A DNA stretch of 64,000 nucleotides from Tubiluchus corallicola (GCA_030141605.1 JAQGDQ010000020.1:1116001-1180000); one strand, 5' to 3'. Shown: positions 1-12,301, counted from the stretch's first letter. Translations and numbers: made by a program. Notes: generated by a model not told the origin, from the sequence alone.

Positions 1-12
1 TTATTTTTTGAT

Positions 13-203
13 GATGGAATTAGCCTACAATCATTTAATTTTGAAACTAAACTTGACCGAAAGAAGCTGGTTTGTTTAGCGATCTTGGCATTAAAATTGC
101 AACCCAAAGGTCCCTGTTTCAAATTCCAGACCCGGCTTTTTCACATTTTATCCCTTTAAGCAAGTTTAGTTTCAAAATTCATAAATTGTGGGATAATTCC
201 TTC
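13..203. mobile_element. Foldback/MITE-like element with ~40-bp inverted arms enclosing a degenerate tRNA-like sequence
   Basis: GGAATTAGCCTACAATCATTTAATTTTGAAACTAAACTTG (16-56) is near reverse-complementary to CAAGTTTAGTTTCAAAATTCATAAATTGTGGGATAATTCC (161-200); the interior has AAAGGTCCCTGTTTCAAATTCC (T-arm/B-box-like). Confidence 0.55.
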
Positions 204-1255
204 TTTCATGAATTACACCTTACAATACAGTAATTATACTGCCAGAGATTATGAGTTGTTCACACCGACGTCTTCATGACACGTTGAAGTAAGAAAAAGT
301 TGCTAACACAAATTAACACAACCTAACTGATATTAGAAACAACTTAATCCTTACTGTAGACATTTCAAGCTAACAGTTACAAGATAGAGTGTGTAAAAAC
401 CAGGAACTAGTCTCTCAGGTTCACTTGACAGTAAAAAGTACAATGTCACTGGGAAATCAATCTATTTCGTTTAATGCGCTTTTATCAATTTTTCTAACGT
501 TGTTTAACATTTTTCTGCATTACGATTTTGACAATGTGAAGTCACGCTTCTTGCACTTTGTCCAAGAAGTATTGGCATATGCGTGTTATTGTGCAGACTT
601 GGAACTTTTCTGTAATCCAGATTTCAATAAAAAATTATCTTGCTGGGATAATTTTATTAATTTTTACCAATGAACCTTATGTGGCTAGATGAATAAGCTT
701 GATGGCAACAAAGTTATGTTTTTTGTTTGCAAGACCGAGTGATTCAATTTATTATAAATCGCTATTGTGTTATACATTTTTATCTAAATAGATAAAGTAC
801 CTAATCAAATTTAATGGCTAATTGATATTTTAGTGTGCACCTATTTTTTCTATAAATGAGTGCTAGCAAGCTGATTTACCTAGTTCACTTCACAGCCTTT
901 ACTAATTGGTTTCAATTACTTTCTGTCAGTCTTCAACATAACTAATTTCATTAAGTGTCATATGTGCTTCCTAAAGTCCGTCAGCGAAATCCAGAAAACT
1001 GTTCTTGAGCTTTTCAGATGGTAACGAGCGAGACTGATTTGATATCATTGTCTGAACTTGTAAGGTCATTCAGATTGTAGTATTACACTAGCTTATCTAG
1101 CTTAGTGATATCTTTTACCTGGAGCCATTCAGATTAGGACTGTAGACCACCACCTCACTGATAAAGTTAAACTTGTGACATTTTTTCTATTTTGGTACGT
1201 GCGGCCATTTGCACACAGTATTATCCCAAAATAAACTTTAAAGAGAGACGGAGTA

Positions 1256-1420
1256 TAAATGTTATTATAATGTACTCAACAGTGCAGACGTGTTTCAACA
1301 TATAATTGTGTCGCCATAGTTGTTATAGTTAGATGACTCCACTGATGATAACATGGTACCAGTTACTTGTTGAAACGTCTGCATATTTTAATGTATTTTA
1401 GTGCATTTTAATAATTTTTT
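1256..1420. mobile_element. Inverted-repeat remnant with hammerhead-like cores (Penelope-like terminal repeat)
   Basis: TGCAGACGTGTTTCAACA (1283-1300) is inverted against TGTTGAAACGTCTGCA (1368-1383); CTGATGA 1342-1348 ... GAAA-CG-TC 1372-1379. Confidence 0.5.
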
Positions 1421-1737
1421 TATGATCTTTTATACTTTGTCTTGCTTTGAAGTTTTGATTTAAGTTAGAAATCTCCAAAAAGGGCAATTATCCCAAAAAC
1501 ATCAAAAAATTTGTCTTGTCCTGACTAAGGCTATAAATGAGACTAGCGATGTTGAAATAAAACGACTTGAAAGAAACAACCTTTATTTATTATTTTAGAA
1601 TACTAAATACGTGTCAAACATTTCTGCTGTAGAATCTAGCAGTCATCTTCAGTGTGACTGAGCACACAAACAGCAACTAATTTTATAGGCAGAGCCTAGA
1701 GTACATGAAAAATCACTAAGACTTCATTGATTTGCAG

Positions 1738-2031
1738 GTAGCGATGGTAAGATGAACCGCGGCGATCAGAACACCTCTCCTGTGCCGTCAACGTTATCCC
1801 AGCAACAACATCAGCAACAGCAGTACATAAATGCAGCCACTGCACTGCCCCCTGGTTACCCTGGTTATTACTACACTGGTGGTTTGATGCCGAGTGGGTA
1901 CACTCAGTACGGGACGCCGCTGTTTCCTGCAAGTGCAGCCCTCGTGCCACCGGTGACGAACACGCACGGCGCTACCACCAACGCTCAATATCAGAAGCCT
2001 GCGACTTACGGTTCACATAACTATAATTCTG
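1738..2031 (+). CDS. UBAP2: UBAP2/UBAP2L (lingerer) coding exon; gene 5' end lies outside the window
   Basis: TTTGCAG acceptor, G|GTATAC donor; encodes ...RGDQNTSPVPSTLSQ...YINAATALPPGYPGYYYTG..., typical of the UBAP2-family C-terminal region. Confidence 0.85.
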
Positions 2032-2392
2032 GTATACTTTATTCTCTCATTTTTTGCTTCGTTACTTGAAGTCCACATTCGCATAGTTTGTTTGCTGTTG
2101 GCAAAAAAAATCTCAAAAAATTGTTACTTTGTCTCGCCCTGTGTTTACGCGGTTTTCTACAGTAATCTGTGTTAGCACAGTTCTGATTGATTGATTAGTT
2201 ACCATCTTTTGTATCACCATTTTTTTAAAGTAAAGCGTAATGTTAAAATTTTGTTGGGTAAACATTTATAGCTTGCTTATGAGTATTATATTCACTTTCA
2301 TCGTGTCTTGAAAACTGAAACTGTATTAGGAAAAAAAAGGCGGCATTAAACTATGATATTTGAATGGAACATTATTCTTCTGCTTTCTGCAG

Positions 2393-2562
2393 GTTACGAA
2401 GATTTGGCACAGGTCCAGGAGTATGCGAAAGCAACGGCGTATGCCGGATCTTCGGCAGCGCAGAGTAAAGTTTCCGGTTCGACGGGAACCGGAACGAATA
2501 GTGCAGCAGATCTCAGTCAACAGATAAACGCTGCATCAGCTTATAGCAAACATGCTACACAG
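2393..2562 (+). CDS. UBAP2: UBAP2/UBAP2L coding exon
   Basis: CTTTCTGCAG acceptor, CAG|GTACAT donor, phase matches neighbours; GYEDLAQVQEYAK...AYSKHATQ. Confidence 0.85.
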
Positions 2563-2962
2563 GTACATCTGCTTTTGAAGAATTTTTGAATATGATATTG
2601 ATTAAATTCTGGTATTAAATTAATGCTGGAAGTGTAATTATAAGAAATTACCAAGCTGTAATCTTTGGCTCTTACTATGATTTAGACACTATTTATGAAT
2701 TGTTATTCTAAACATAGTTGCTTAAGGCTACATTTGTTCATGAAATCTAGATACTTTTTGTATGTGTGGGAATGGAAAGCTTCCATTCCATAGACAATGC
2801 AATATCATGTATAAGTTCTCACTTTTTGTGTGTCAACTGGTTCCACATAAGCTAAGACGTATTTGTCCTTAGTTTGAATAAATTACGATGTAGGCAGACA
2901 CGTAGCCTGAGTGATAACTTTCATACATTTTGTATGTTAACCTATGTTTCGTTCATATTTAG

Positions 2963-3244
2963 TTTGATAAGCAAGGTTTTCACACGGGCACGCCACCACC
3001 GTTCAACATGACCCACCTTGCTGCGGGCGGAGCCGCCACCGGGCCCATAGGTGTTGGTACGACGGCGTACCCCGCTCCATTCATGCCCGTGATGACGCAC
3101 CACCATTCGCCAATGTTACACGGACACCATCTTCAGCAGGACGGACAAACTGGGTCAACTCAGCGGGCCACCCAGAATGCCGTACCGCAGAAAGTGTCCG
3201 CTGGAAAGCCGTACAACAGCACCGGTTATTGGGGAGCCAATTAA
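2963..3244 (+). CDS. UBAP2: UBAP2/UBAP2L terminal coding exon
   Basis: ATTTAG acceptor; FDKQGFHTGTPPPFN signature, HHLQQDGQ and terminal YWGAN* as in UBAP2/UBAP2L; AATAAA at 3408-3413. Confidence 0.9.
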   Translation, partial: FDKQGFHTGTPPPFNMTHLAAGGAATGPIGVGTTAYPAPFMPVMTHHHSPMLHGHHLQQDGQTGSTQRATQNAVPQKVSAGKPYNSTGYWGAN

Positions 3245-5714
3245 TGGCGACGGCATGCCATGTATTTGCGAATCACACATTAGATGTTGTGTTACGGTTA
3301 TGCTACTACTGTCCTAATTAATGGCTGGAATGCATTTTATATGGTAGCCCGCTCGGAGTAGAACACTATGTCCTTCTACATTGTATAAAGCATTAAATTC
3401 ATTGTTGAATAAAACCCTATATCGCATTATATTATATATATTGTATGTAAGAAGTTATTTGTATAAGCAGACATTATATGGATTTGCACTCCGGTACAAA
3501 CGTTAAGCACGTTTCACACCGCGCAGTACAGCGAGTTTATGTTAGCATTATGGTTGTACTAGAGCATGCATGGTGTTCATTTATATATGTATAACACAAG
3601 TAGATGTTGGTTTTTTTGTTGGTTTCCCCTTGTGTAATTTTAATATTTATCGAGCAGTATAGAGTGAGCGGGCAGTGATTGATCGGTCAGTCCCAGGGAT
3701 GGACGGCGGTCACTTGTACAGTTTAGTAGTCTTTGTGAGATTTTTGTGTAATTACGTATGAATGATTTATCAGCTAACTTATCGGTTTGTCTTTATAATT
3801 TTTAAGTAGAGCATTTGTGAGACGTCGAGTGTTCACCCGTGGAGCCAGATTTAGTTCAGTACGATTTCTTTTTTGCCCATCATCAGCATCTAAGACATTT
3901 AAAACAATAGCTGATTTATAGATGAATTTCAAACAATCTTTTGAACACATTTGTGCTTGTGAAATAGAAGTTACTGTACATATGATACACAAAAGTTTAT
4001 AAAAATTGTTAGGTCAGTCTTAGGGAGACCGTTTTTGGTTACTAAGGTAACACAGTGACGTCGTCAGTCAAACTTGTTTACGATGAGGGTGTTGTTGTTT
4101 ACTAGCGTTTTTCACTTCTTTACATAAACGTTTTCGCAGTCGAGAACCTTCGTGTTACCATAATTATCCTGCATATTTTCCACTTTTATTTTCTCAATCT
4201 CTATTGTGTAAGTACGTGGAACAGATATTCTGTAATGAAAAACATAAACTAAATCTAATCGATTGTTTATTTATTTGTGGTTTTTGGATGAATGAGTTAT
4301 GTAAATAGCACAACTATTCATTGAATCATGAGCAGTTAAGACAGATTTCACAGGGTTCGTGACTTTACGTGAAAATTTCAAAGTCACCAAAAAACCACCA
4401 GCTTTGGAAATTTTTTTAAAATGGGTAAAGTTCATCCCCAAAAATGTTGTGCGAAATTCTTTCAACATTCTCACAATTTTTGCTCAAGGAAAAAACCCGA
4501 AAGTTGTGCAAACTTCACACGAATGGTTTGGGCAACTGTGTGATTTGAAAATTTTCGATCGTAGCAAAAAAATCACTGCTTTGTAAAACCCGGACTTTAG
4601 CAGCAAGTCCTTGGATAACCTGAAGTTCATGTTGATTGGTTTGGACTGGGATGTCTCATTCACTTTAACTTGTTACAGTACGTTCATTAACGTCAATATA
4701 CTTATCGTTATTGTATCATTTTCTTCAAAATTATCGATGGACTTTGGTGCATTCATGTAAATCGCTTAGCATTGCATATTTACGCAGAGGAAATGGACAG
4801 AAAAGGAAAAAAATATTTTTATACTCGGCTTGGATATTTAAGCAAAGGCTCAACATTTCCAACTCGTATTCTTTACATTTTTTTTAAAATAGTGGTTGCT
4901 TAAAAATACTGAAGTGCACTCGAGCGTTCAATGATTTTAATTTTTACTAGATAGAGTATTTTTAGTACAGTTTTCTAACATGTCGTCATACCAAATAATT
5001 TATTGTTAATCGTATTACTGGGAAAAAGCATCGTATTTTATCACTAGATTGTTGTTTAACATCCTTAATGACAGTGCAATTCTGTATGGTTCTTTTGAAC
5101 TGTCTCTGGCTCATGTAGAGATTTTGTGGAGTTGGCCATTCTTGTTCGAAATACGAAATGGCCCAAGTATTTCATATATTTTAAGCAACTCAACGGGGCC
5201 TTTTCCTTTCGTATGCAGAAAGGAAATAAAAAATCCAACTTGCTACAGTCATGCTATGGATATTTCCAAAGCAGTCTTTTCACAGTTACACATTATAATC
5301 AGTTTCATGCACATTATTTTAACATTACAATTCGTTTCATATACATTACAAATAAGACTTAATGGGGTTGCTGTAAATACTGCTTCACTGCTTGCAGCTG
5401 CAACACTAAAATAAAAGAAAAGATAACAATCACACCACTTCACATTATTTTATTTATATATAGCCTTAGCTCCCGTTACAATAACAGTTCTACAGCATTT
5501 CCGTGTGCCGGTCTCTTACAATAACGAACAAAAACTGCGATATTTTCATTAATAAGTAAATGTACACTTAAGTTCACCATAACAGTAATTCATTTTGCTA
5601 TTTTTTTAACGCCAAGATTGATTAACGAAGTCTGATCTGTGTTAGAATAATCTCATCCCTCCGCGGCATAAATAATAACTAAAAACAGATTTGTTTGCTA
5701 AGGTAAAGAAAAGA

Positions 5715-5908
5715 CTACAGCTTGTCTAGATAATTTGCCAAGTCGGGGATGCCTTCCTTCAGGCCCTTGCGTTTGCGGGTCTCGTTCACGATCTCTCGGG
5801 GCTTTGACTTCTCCTCAAAGGGGTCGCCGGGCAAGATCTGCCAGTGGTCAAACACGCACTGTGGGAATGCTTGACCGCCAGTATTGGAACGTAAATCAGC
5901 CGTGAAAC
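5715..5908 (-). CDS. EEF2: eEF2 exon 16 (terminal)
   Basis: [23 protein letters not shown]...[20 protein letters not shown]; TTTACAG acceptor; minus-strand AATAAA at 5449-5454. Confidence 0.97.
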
Positions 5909-6054
5909 CTGTAAAATGTCGTAAGAATTTCATTAAGTCAATAAGTGTGTTAATGCACTGACTATTAACTTCCAGAAATATAGACAACAAAATAATCACT
6001 AAACACTAAACTTCAACTTAACACTAAACTTAACTTAACTAAATGGGTGACAAC

Positions 6055-7016
6055 TAGGCCCATAACAATGCATTGTGATATCTTTTGTATTACGATATGA
6101 GTATCGCCAAAGTGCACCCGTATCGTGATAAAATGAGTCAATGACATAAATTAGCAAATTACCACGTTTGACCGTATGCTCATAAAAACAATGTGAAGTA
6201 ACTCAATCTGCAGCTGTGAAGTGTACTGTAGATATGCATCAATCAGTGCAGTGAGCAGCTGTTGACTTGACCCAGGCACTGCTAGCAGCCAAAGCGGATG
6301 AGAATTCAAGGTGTTTTATTTGTAGTAGGCTAATTACATTGCACATAAACTAGTGAAATGGCAATGTCAGCCAGAAAATACGAGCAACTTTTAAGCCTAA
6401 ACAGGGCTCGTATTCCACTTTTCAAAAATATAGGACATTATTCTAAAAAAAATATAGGAATTATAGGACATTTTTTCTTAAAAACGAAAGTTTCTAACCT
6501 TACACTACAGTGATTTTCACAATTCTTTGCAAAAGTAAATATTTTTGAGAATACCAACTCTGTAAAAACATACACACTTCGCGACAGACAACTGTTATTT
6601 ACATTCACTAAAAATGCCCAAATCATGAAGATATGCACTTATAATATCTAATTGTGGTTATGCGCGCCGAAAGGGCGCAAAAACTCTATAACATTCTCAT
6701 TTCATTGAGAATTCATGATTTTACAGAAATTATAGTGCATTTTTATAGGAATTATAGGACGAGTACGAGCCCTGCCTAAAGTATTGATATGTTTTAATTT
6801 TCTGGTGGCATACAATGCAAAGAATAACCTACCATTACACAAGTAATAAATAAAAATCAAACAGTTATAGTCGAGTTATTTTAGCATATAACAGTCCTAA
6901 AACTGTCGATTGATAAAAACGGCTCCATCAATTCTTTTTTATAAACCTCCAAATGTTAACTCGGGTGTATCATGACGCGTATCGTATTGATTCCTAGGTG
7001 TATAGTTACAGCCCTG
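6055..7016. mobile_element. Old hAT-type MITE (outer element of a nested pair)
   Basis: Degenerate ends TAGGCCCATAACAATGCA / GTATAGTTACAGCCCTG; 8-bp flanks GTGACAAC vs GTGGTAAC (6/8). Confidence 0.5.
6402..6774. mobile_element. MITE with 14-bp TIRs nested in the preceding element
   Basis: CAGGGCTCGTATTC ... GAGTACGAGCCCTG (1 mismatch); CCTAAA duplicated on both sides; internal ATAGGA repeats. Confidence 0.75.
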
Positions 7017-7205
7017 GTGGTAACTATGCAATAATAACAGTAAGGAGCCGTGTCAAGACAAACTACATAGTAAATACTGGCTTAATTTCAAAATTTAGTC
7101 CTAGGTGTATAGTTACAGCCCTGGTGGTAACTATGCAATAATAACAGTAAGGAGCCGTGTCAAGACAAACTACATAGTAAATACTGGCTTAATTTCAAAA
7201 TTTAG
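6992..7205. repeat. Exact 107-bp tandem duplication
   Basis: TCCTAGGTGTATAG...TTTCAAAATTTAG at 6992-7098 and 7099-7205. Confidence 0.9.
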
Positions 7206-7296
7206 ATGTCAAATTTCACTGATGACTGGACAACAATGCTAAACTGCAAAACTGTCAGACTTAAATCAGTTACTTGTAAAAAATCAATAAACATAC

Positions 7297-7429
7297 CGAA
7301 AGATTCATTTACAGGCAGATAAGCTTTAACAATGAACATTGGGGTGCCGGCTACTTGGGCCTCCTCTATAACATGACCTCTTCTTCTATTCAGTACGCCA
7401 TAGATGCCACCAACAGCAGCTTCCGGACA
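7297..7429 (-). CDS. EEF2: eEF2 exon 15
   Basis: [20 protein letters not shown]...AYLPVNESF; TTCCAG acceptor, GTATG donor. Confidence 0.97.
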
Positions 7430-7440
7430 CTGGAAGAATA

Positions 7441-7859
7441 AACATAAAATCATTATCTCGGTAGCAGTACAAGAAATTTTCAAACATGAAATCATTATCC
7501 CTGAAACAGTACAAGAAATTTTCAAACATAAAATCATTATCTCTGTAGCAGTACAAGAAATTTTCAAACATGAAGTCATTATCCCCGTAGCAGTACAAGA
7601 AACTTTCAAACATGAAGTCATTATCTCTGTAGCAGTACAAGAAAATTTTCAAACATGAAGTCATTATCTTTGTAGCAGTACAAGAAATTTTCAAACATGA
7701 AGTCATTATTTCTGTAGCAGCACAAGAAATTTTCAAACATGAAGTCATTATCTCTGTAGCAGTACAAGAAATTTTCAACACGAAGTCATTATCCCTGTAG
7801 CAGTACAAGAAATTTTCAAACACGAAATGATTATCCCTGTAGCAGTACAAGAAATTTTT
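7441..7859. repeat. 42-bp minisatellite, ~10 copies
   Basis: Unit AAACATGAAGTCATTATCTCTGTAGCAGTACAAGAAATTTTC. Confidence 0.95.
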
Positions 7860-8379
7860 ATTTTTCTTCAACAATGCATTTCTTGAGATCCTACTCTAAC
7901 TACTCTACCTAAGACTTTTTATTCGTGAATTTATTTGTAATTCAGTTCATTGAGAGTGACAGTTATGGGAAATCTTTAGCTACTCTAAATCTTCAGCTGA
8001 CATGAGCCACTCTGTGCAGTGTATTAAAATAGGCAAACATAGAAAAATTGTGCATAAATTTTTTGTGAAACACAAACGCGGGCAGATGTCTTTTGGTAGT
8101 ATCTTACTTATTTTCGACTGTCGAATTATTAGAAAACCGTTTTTGATAGCACAATGCGAAAACGTCACAGCGAATATTAAACTTTTGTAACTGCTGGATA
8201 ATGTTGGATACAAATAACTGCAAACTCTTGCGAACATCACAATTTTCAGATACAAATCACATATCCAGAGCATCAGTATCTAGACATTAACAACACTGCA
8301 CAAATCTTGACAATGATAGCAAAATGGAGACTACAATAGTTTTACAATACTTAAGGCCAACCATGGTGAAACTGAATAC

Positions 8380-8562
8380 CTGAATTTCTACAAGGTAGAC
8401 GGGTTCCATAAGTCGAGGTTGCGCAGTCAGCATGCAAGCATACAAAACTCGGCGAGTCGTCGGGATGATCTGTCCACCACCACGATGGATGGCGTCGGCA
8501 TGCAATGTCACATCATGGATGTTGAATCGCACAGCACGTACGTTTTCTTCGCACAACACCCC
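8380..8562 (-). CDS. EEF2: eEF2 exon 14 (diphthamide loop)
   Basis: [35 protein letters not shown]...EPVYLVEIQ; canonical AG/GT. Confidence 0.97.
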
Positions 8563-9545
8563 CTGTTACAACGTAAAATTAGTGAAAATTACGATTAAAG
8601 CACTTGCCTTCCATTAGAAGCTCATTTACTTATCAGAGACAATTAAGCATATTAACAGCTGCAATCACTTTAAAGGGATTTTATATAAAAATACTTTTAG
8701 CTTTCGACAACAGGTTTTAAATTCTAGCAATGAAATAATACGCGGTTTTATTCTTACTACTAATGTCATTTTAACTTTGAAAATTTTTGCCCTTTGGGAA
8801 TATACAGTTACCAACCCCTTTATAAATATTTAGCTTACTAATCCTCAGTTCTTTGTGTATATATTTATTTTATTTGTCTTATAGCAATTATTTTTAAATA
8901 GTGATTTTTAATTTAGTTTTTCAGCATTCTATGGTACTTGTCTTGTACTGATATAAACATGAAATAAAAATAAAAATAAATTAACAGCAATGAGGTTTTT
9001 GGAATTACAGCAATACTCTTTAAATAAAAGACAATTCTGAATTTCAACAAGCAGAGAATTATATATAATAATACAAGGTCATCCTGAAAAGGATGTTCCC
9101 CAAATTTTCTAGGTAACTGGTAGAACAATTTGTAAGAGATACACATCACCACATAGCCAGGGTTCCCTCTTCCCATAGAGTAATAAATTCCCTCCAAGCA
9201 TAACTCCGGCATCTTTTTGCACGGTGTTCCGCCAATGAGAAAATGGCCATTTTTGGAAGTTTTAACCTACCATTTCAAGAGAAGCAATGTGTAGAAAAAA
9301 TGTCATACTGGCACTTGGTGGAGACCTTGGTAGGGAAATTTACAGCCCTTTGGAACGAGGAGAAACCCGGCTACGTGATGATATGACTGACTTTAACAAA
9401 TTGCATCTACTAGAATCAAAGACTGCAAGTTCGTTTGGCAGAACAGTTTTTTTGGACTGGCAGGCAGGCAGACTTGCAATTCTCCTTTTCTCAAAAATGC
9501 AGACACAAAAACCACTAAGTTCAATAAGAGAAGAATGACAGTTAC

Positions 9546-9755
9546 CTCTTTAGTTGCCCACTGGAATCCTGCCACCACACTGTCCTTTATCTCGTTGAGA
9601 TATTGCACACCTTTAGTGCAGTCAATGAGAAGGTTGGGTCCGGTTCCTTCCGGTCCAAAACACCAGATCTTGCGAGCCTCTGACACGTCGTACTCGTACT
9701 TCTCACTCAAGTAACGAGCACGAGCCTTGAATTCCTGCCTAGGCGCGACATCACC
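9546..9755 (-). CDS. EEF2: eEF2 exon 13
   Basis: [16 protein letters not shown]...[15 protein letters not shown]...GFQWATKE. Confidence 0.97.
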
Positions 9756-10232
9756 CTAAAGCACAAAGAAATTAAAACCTTCTAAATCATCGCTATCATC
9801 TTCATCTTTATCATTTAAATGTTTTTGTCGCCTACAGAGGTACTACAATTTACAAGATGAATTATAAAACTGATATAACTCGCCTCTAAATTTTACTTTT
9901 TCACCATTTCATGGTAGCAAGGCTCTGCTAAGCGTAATTACGTACTATTCTCGCACTCTTGGTGACTTTCCTCATGACCAAGGACCCCTTTTAATCACGA
10001 GCCCCTACAACAACGGGCCTGCAGACGCCCAGTAACGCTAGTTGTTCCTGCAGCTGGGAGTGAGTCAAAGACATTTACAGCCACAAACATTCATGCTTAG
10101 ACTGAAATTTAATGCACAGGAGCCAGTTTTCAAATACAAATTTCCAACATTGTCAGCTCTCAAATAAACACATTAAAACAACTCAAACTCATTCTATAGT
10201 GCTGACGTTTAACATATAACATAATCACATAC

Positions 10233-10361
10233 ACTGTCAATATCCTCAGCTAAACCATCAGGCATAGGCGCTGCCCTCATATACAATCTGTTATGTTTGT
10301 TAGGAGACTTTGAGAGACACATCACGTTTGACTCGTCAGCCACCGACTCTCTGTACGACAC
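10233..10361 (-). CDS. EEF2: eEF2 exon 12 (absent from ORF track)
   Basis: [43 protein letters not shown]; TTTGCAG acceptor, GTATG donor. Confidence 0.95.
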
Positions 10362-10504
10362 CTGCAAAAAAAAACACGGCTGCTGTAAACAATCAATTCA
10401 TTACAGTAAAGCAAACACAAACACGGCAACGTAATCAATATGAGAAAAGAAAATTATTACCTAAAATTACGTAGAGAGCCGTAGGAAATTACAAACGAAC
10501 TACA

Positions 10505-10633
10505 AACAGAAAAATCCTCGAAAGCAATACTAAATTTGAAAGTGTGAAAAACTTTGCACCCCCTCCCCTGGAATTCGAGCCCAAGACCTTCTGCTTTCCA
10601 GGCAACTGGCCTAGCCATTACAGCACAGAGGCA
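10505..10633 (-). mobile_element. tRNA-derived SINE copy
   Basis: Minus strand TGCCTCTGTGCTGTAATGG (A-box-like) ... GGGCTCGAATTCC (B-box-like) ... TATTGCTTTCGAG; related copy at 28341. Confidence 0.65.
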
Positions 10634-10945
10634 GTCTGACGCTTCATATTTAAACTAAAAACCACTAGATGTCTACCAACAGAAAATCACAGTCCAAATT
10701 GCAACAAGATATTGTAGCGAAATCAATTGAATAAACGCACTAAAACAATGCTAATTAGAAACACAGTGAATTTTGCACTTCATTTGGGTATCGATTCCAA
10801 GATCTTTTGCTTTAGGGCAGCTATCCTAACCACTGCACCACAGAAGTACTGTAACTTTTCAAAGTACATGACAGATGCAACACACATAGCATGCATGCTA
10901 CAGCTAAGTTAAGCAAACACGTCGGCTTCTCGCAATCAGCAGTCA

Positions 10946-11137
<192 letters not shown>

Positions 11138-12161
11138 TCAAGTGTAGTTAAGTAAGGAATGCAAAGCTTGTAAGACTACATGATATACATTACTATATTT
11201 ATTATTTACTGAACTATTTCAAATATGGAAGTAATCAAATTGCTTAATTACCAATGCAGGTAAATTTTATTATAATCAATTGTAATTTATAACAATTCTA
11301 ACTAGTTTCAAGCGGAAATCATTATAGGCCATGACAGTGGCGCAACTGATACCGGCAGTCATATTTATAAGCTGCTATTGTTTATTGTTTGTTAGACAAA
11401 AACACCGTTACAATTACATATGCAGACATATTACATACAATTGCACAAACTGAAAACAAAACCACTACAATTAGTTATCAAGTGAGCGTGAGCAATCACT
11501 TGGTGAACAAAGGATATGTAATTGCTTGCTGCTGAGCTGAAACCTAGAACTTGGAAAGCCCATCTGTAATGCATGGTGTGTTGTTAATTGTCAGGGGAAC
11601 GATAAAGAGAAGAAAGTGTGAGGTTTGTTGAATATTTTATATACCATGTTTTTAAACAGTTTACACTTAATTTACTTGACTCATGTAATAATATGGTCCT
11701 TGAAATTAGAAGGACATTTTTATAAATATTTTTCACCAATAAAGAGCTATTATTATAATAATAATAACAATAATAATAATAATAGTTATAATAATAATAA
11801 TAATATTTAACCGATGGGTGGTGATACTAAAACATGCTACTGCAAAACAACGAAAATGTCAAGTAATAGACAATGAAAATTTACAACAGAATTTAACCCA
11901 AGAGCTGTGCAGCTAAGTTATTACTGTGAGTGAGACAAAACGGTAACTAAGTTCTGTTTGGCTGTGCTAAAAGCAATCTCGAAATCCACATAAAGATGGT
12001 ACTGGTTCAAACTGTAATTAGATGATATTTTATTTTATTTTAGTTTATTTTTTTTGCCTCCATAAGAAATGTTTGCCATGCTTCTATTTCCAAGTGAGTT
12101 AAAACAATTCTCTTTTGTCAATTAATATGTCTGTCAACTTGATATGTAAACATGAATTGTA

Positions 12162-12273
12162 CACTGTCTTGTCCCCAAGTATTGTCTCTGCATCTGTAAG
12201 ACTGTATCCAAAGGACTTCATATATAAGCCGTTTTTACTGTATTGTACATAGACTGTAAAACAAATATGCTAC
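12162..12273 (-). ncRNA. Candidate H/ACA scaRNA guiding U2 snRNA Psi34/35
   Basis: 3' hairpin GTCCTT/GGGGAC with pocket TGGATAC / TACTTG complementary to U2 CAAGUG-UA-GUAUCUG; 14 nt to ACA-GTG; H-box-like ATATGA; 5' hairpin weaker. Confidence 0.55.
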
Positions 12274-12301
12274 TTTAACTAAACACACTACTGTGAGTAA
12301 A

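Noticed and set aside
7202-7874. Repetitive ORFs ([14 protein letters not shown] / [10 protein letters not shown] / VQEIFKHE)
   Set aside because: Translations of an intronic 42-bp minisatellite; only 7297-7429 is coding
7933-8280. Two hairpin-plus-ACA folds in eEF2 intron 14 (similar ones near 10040-10123 and 18350-18420)
   Set aside because: No H box or credible pocket; ACA is frequent by chance
9964-9973. Minus-strand GAGGAAAGTC resembling RNase P/MRP CR-I
   Set aside because: No matching CR-V/P4 partner; surroundings look like a decayed MITE
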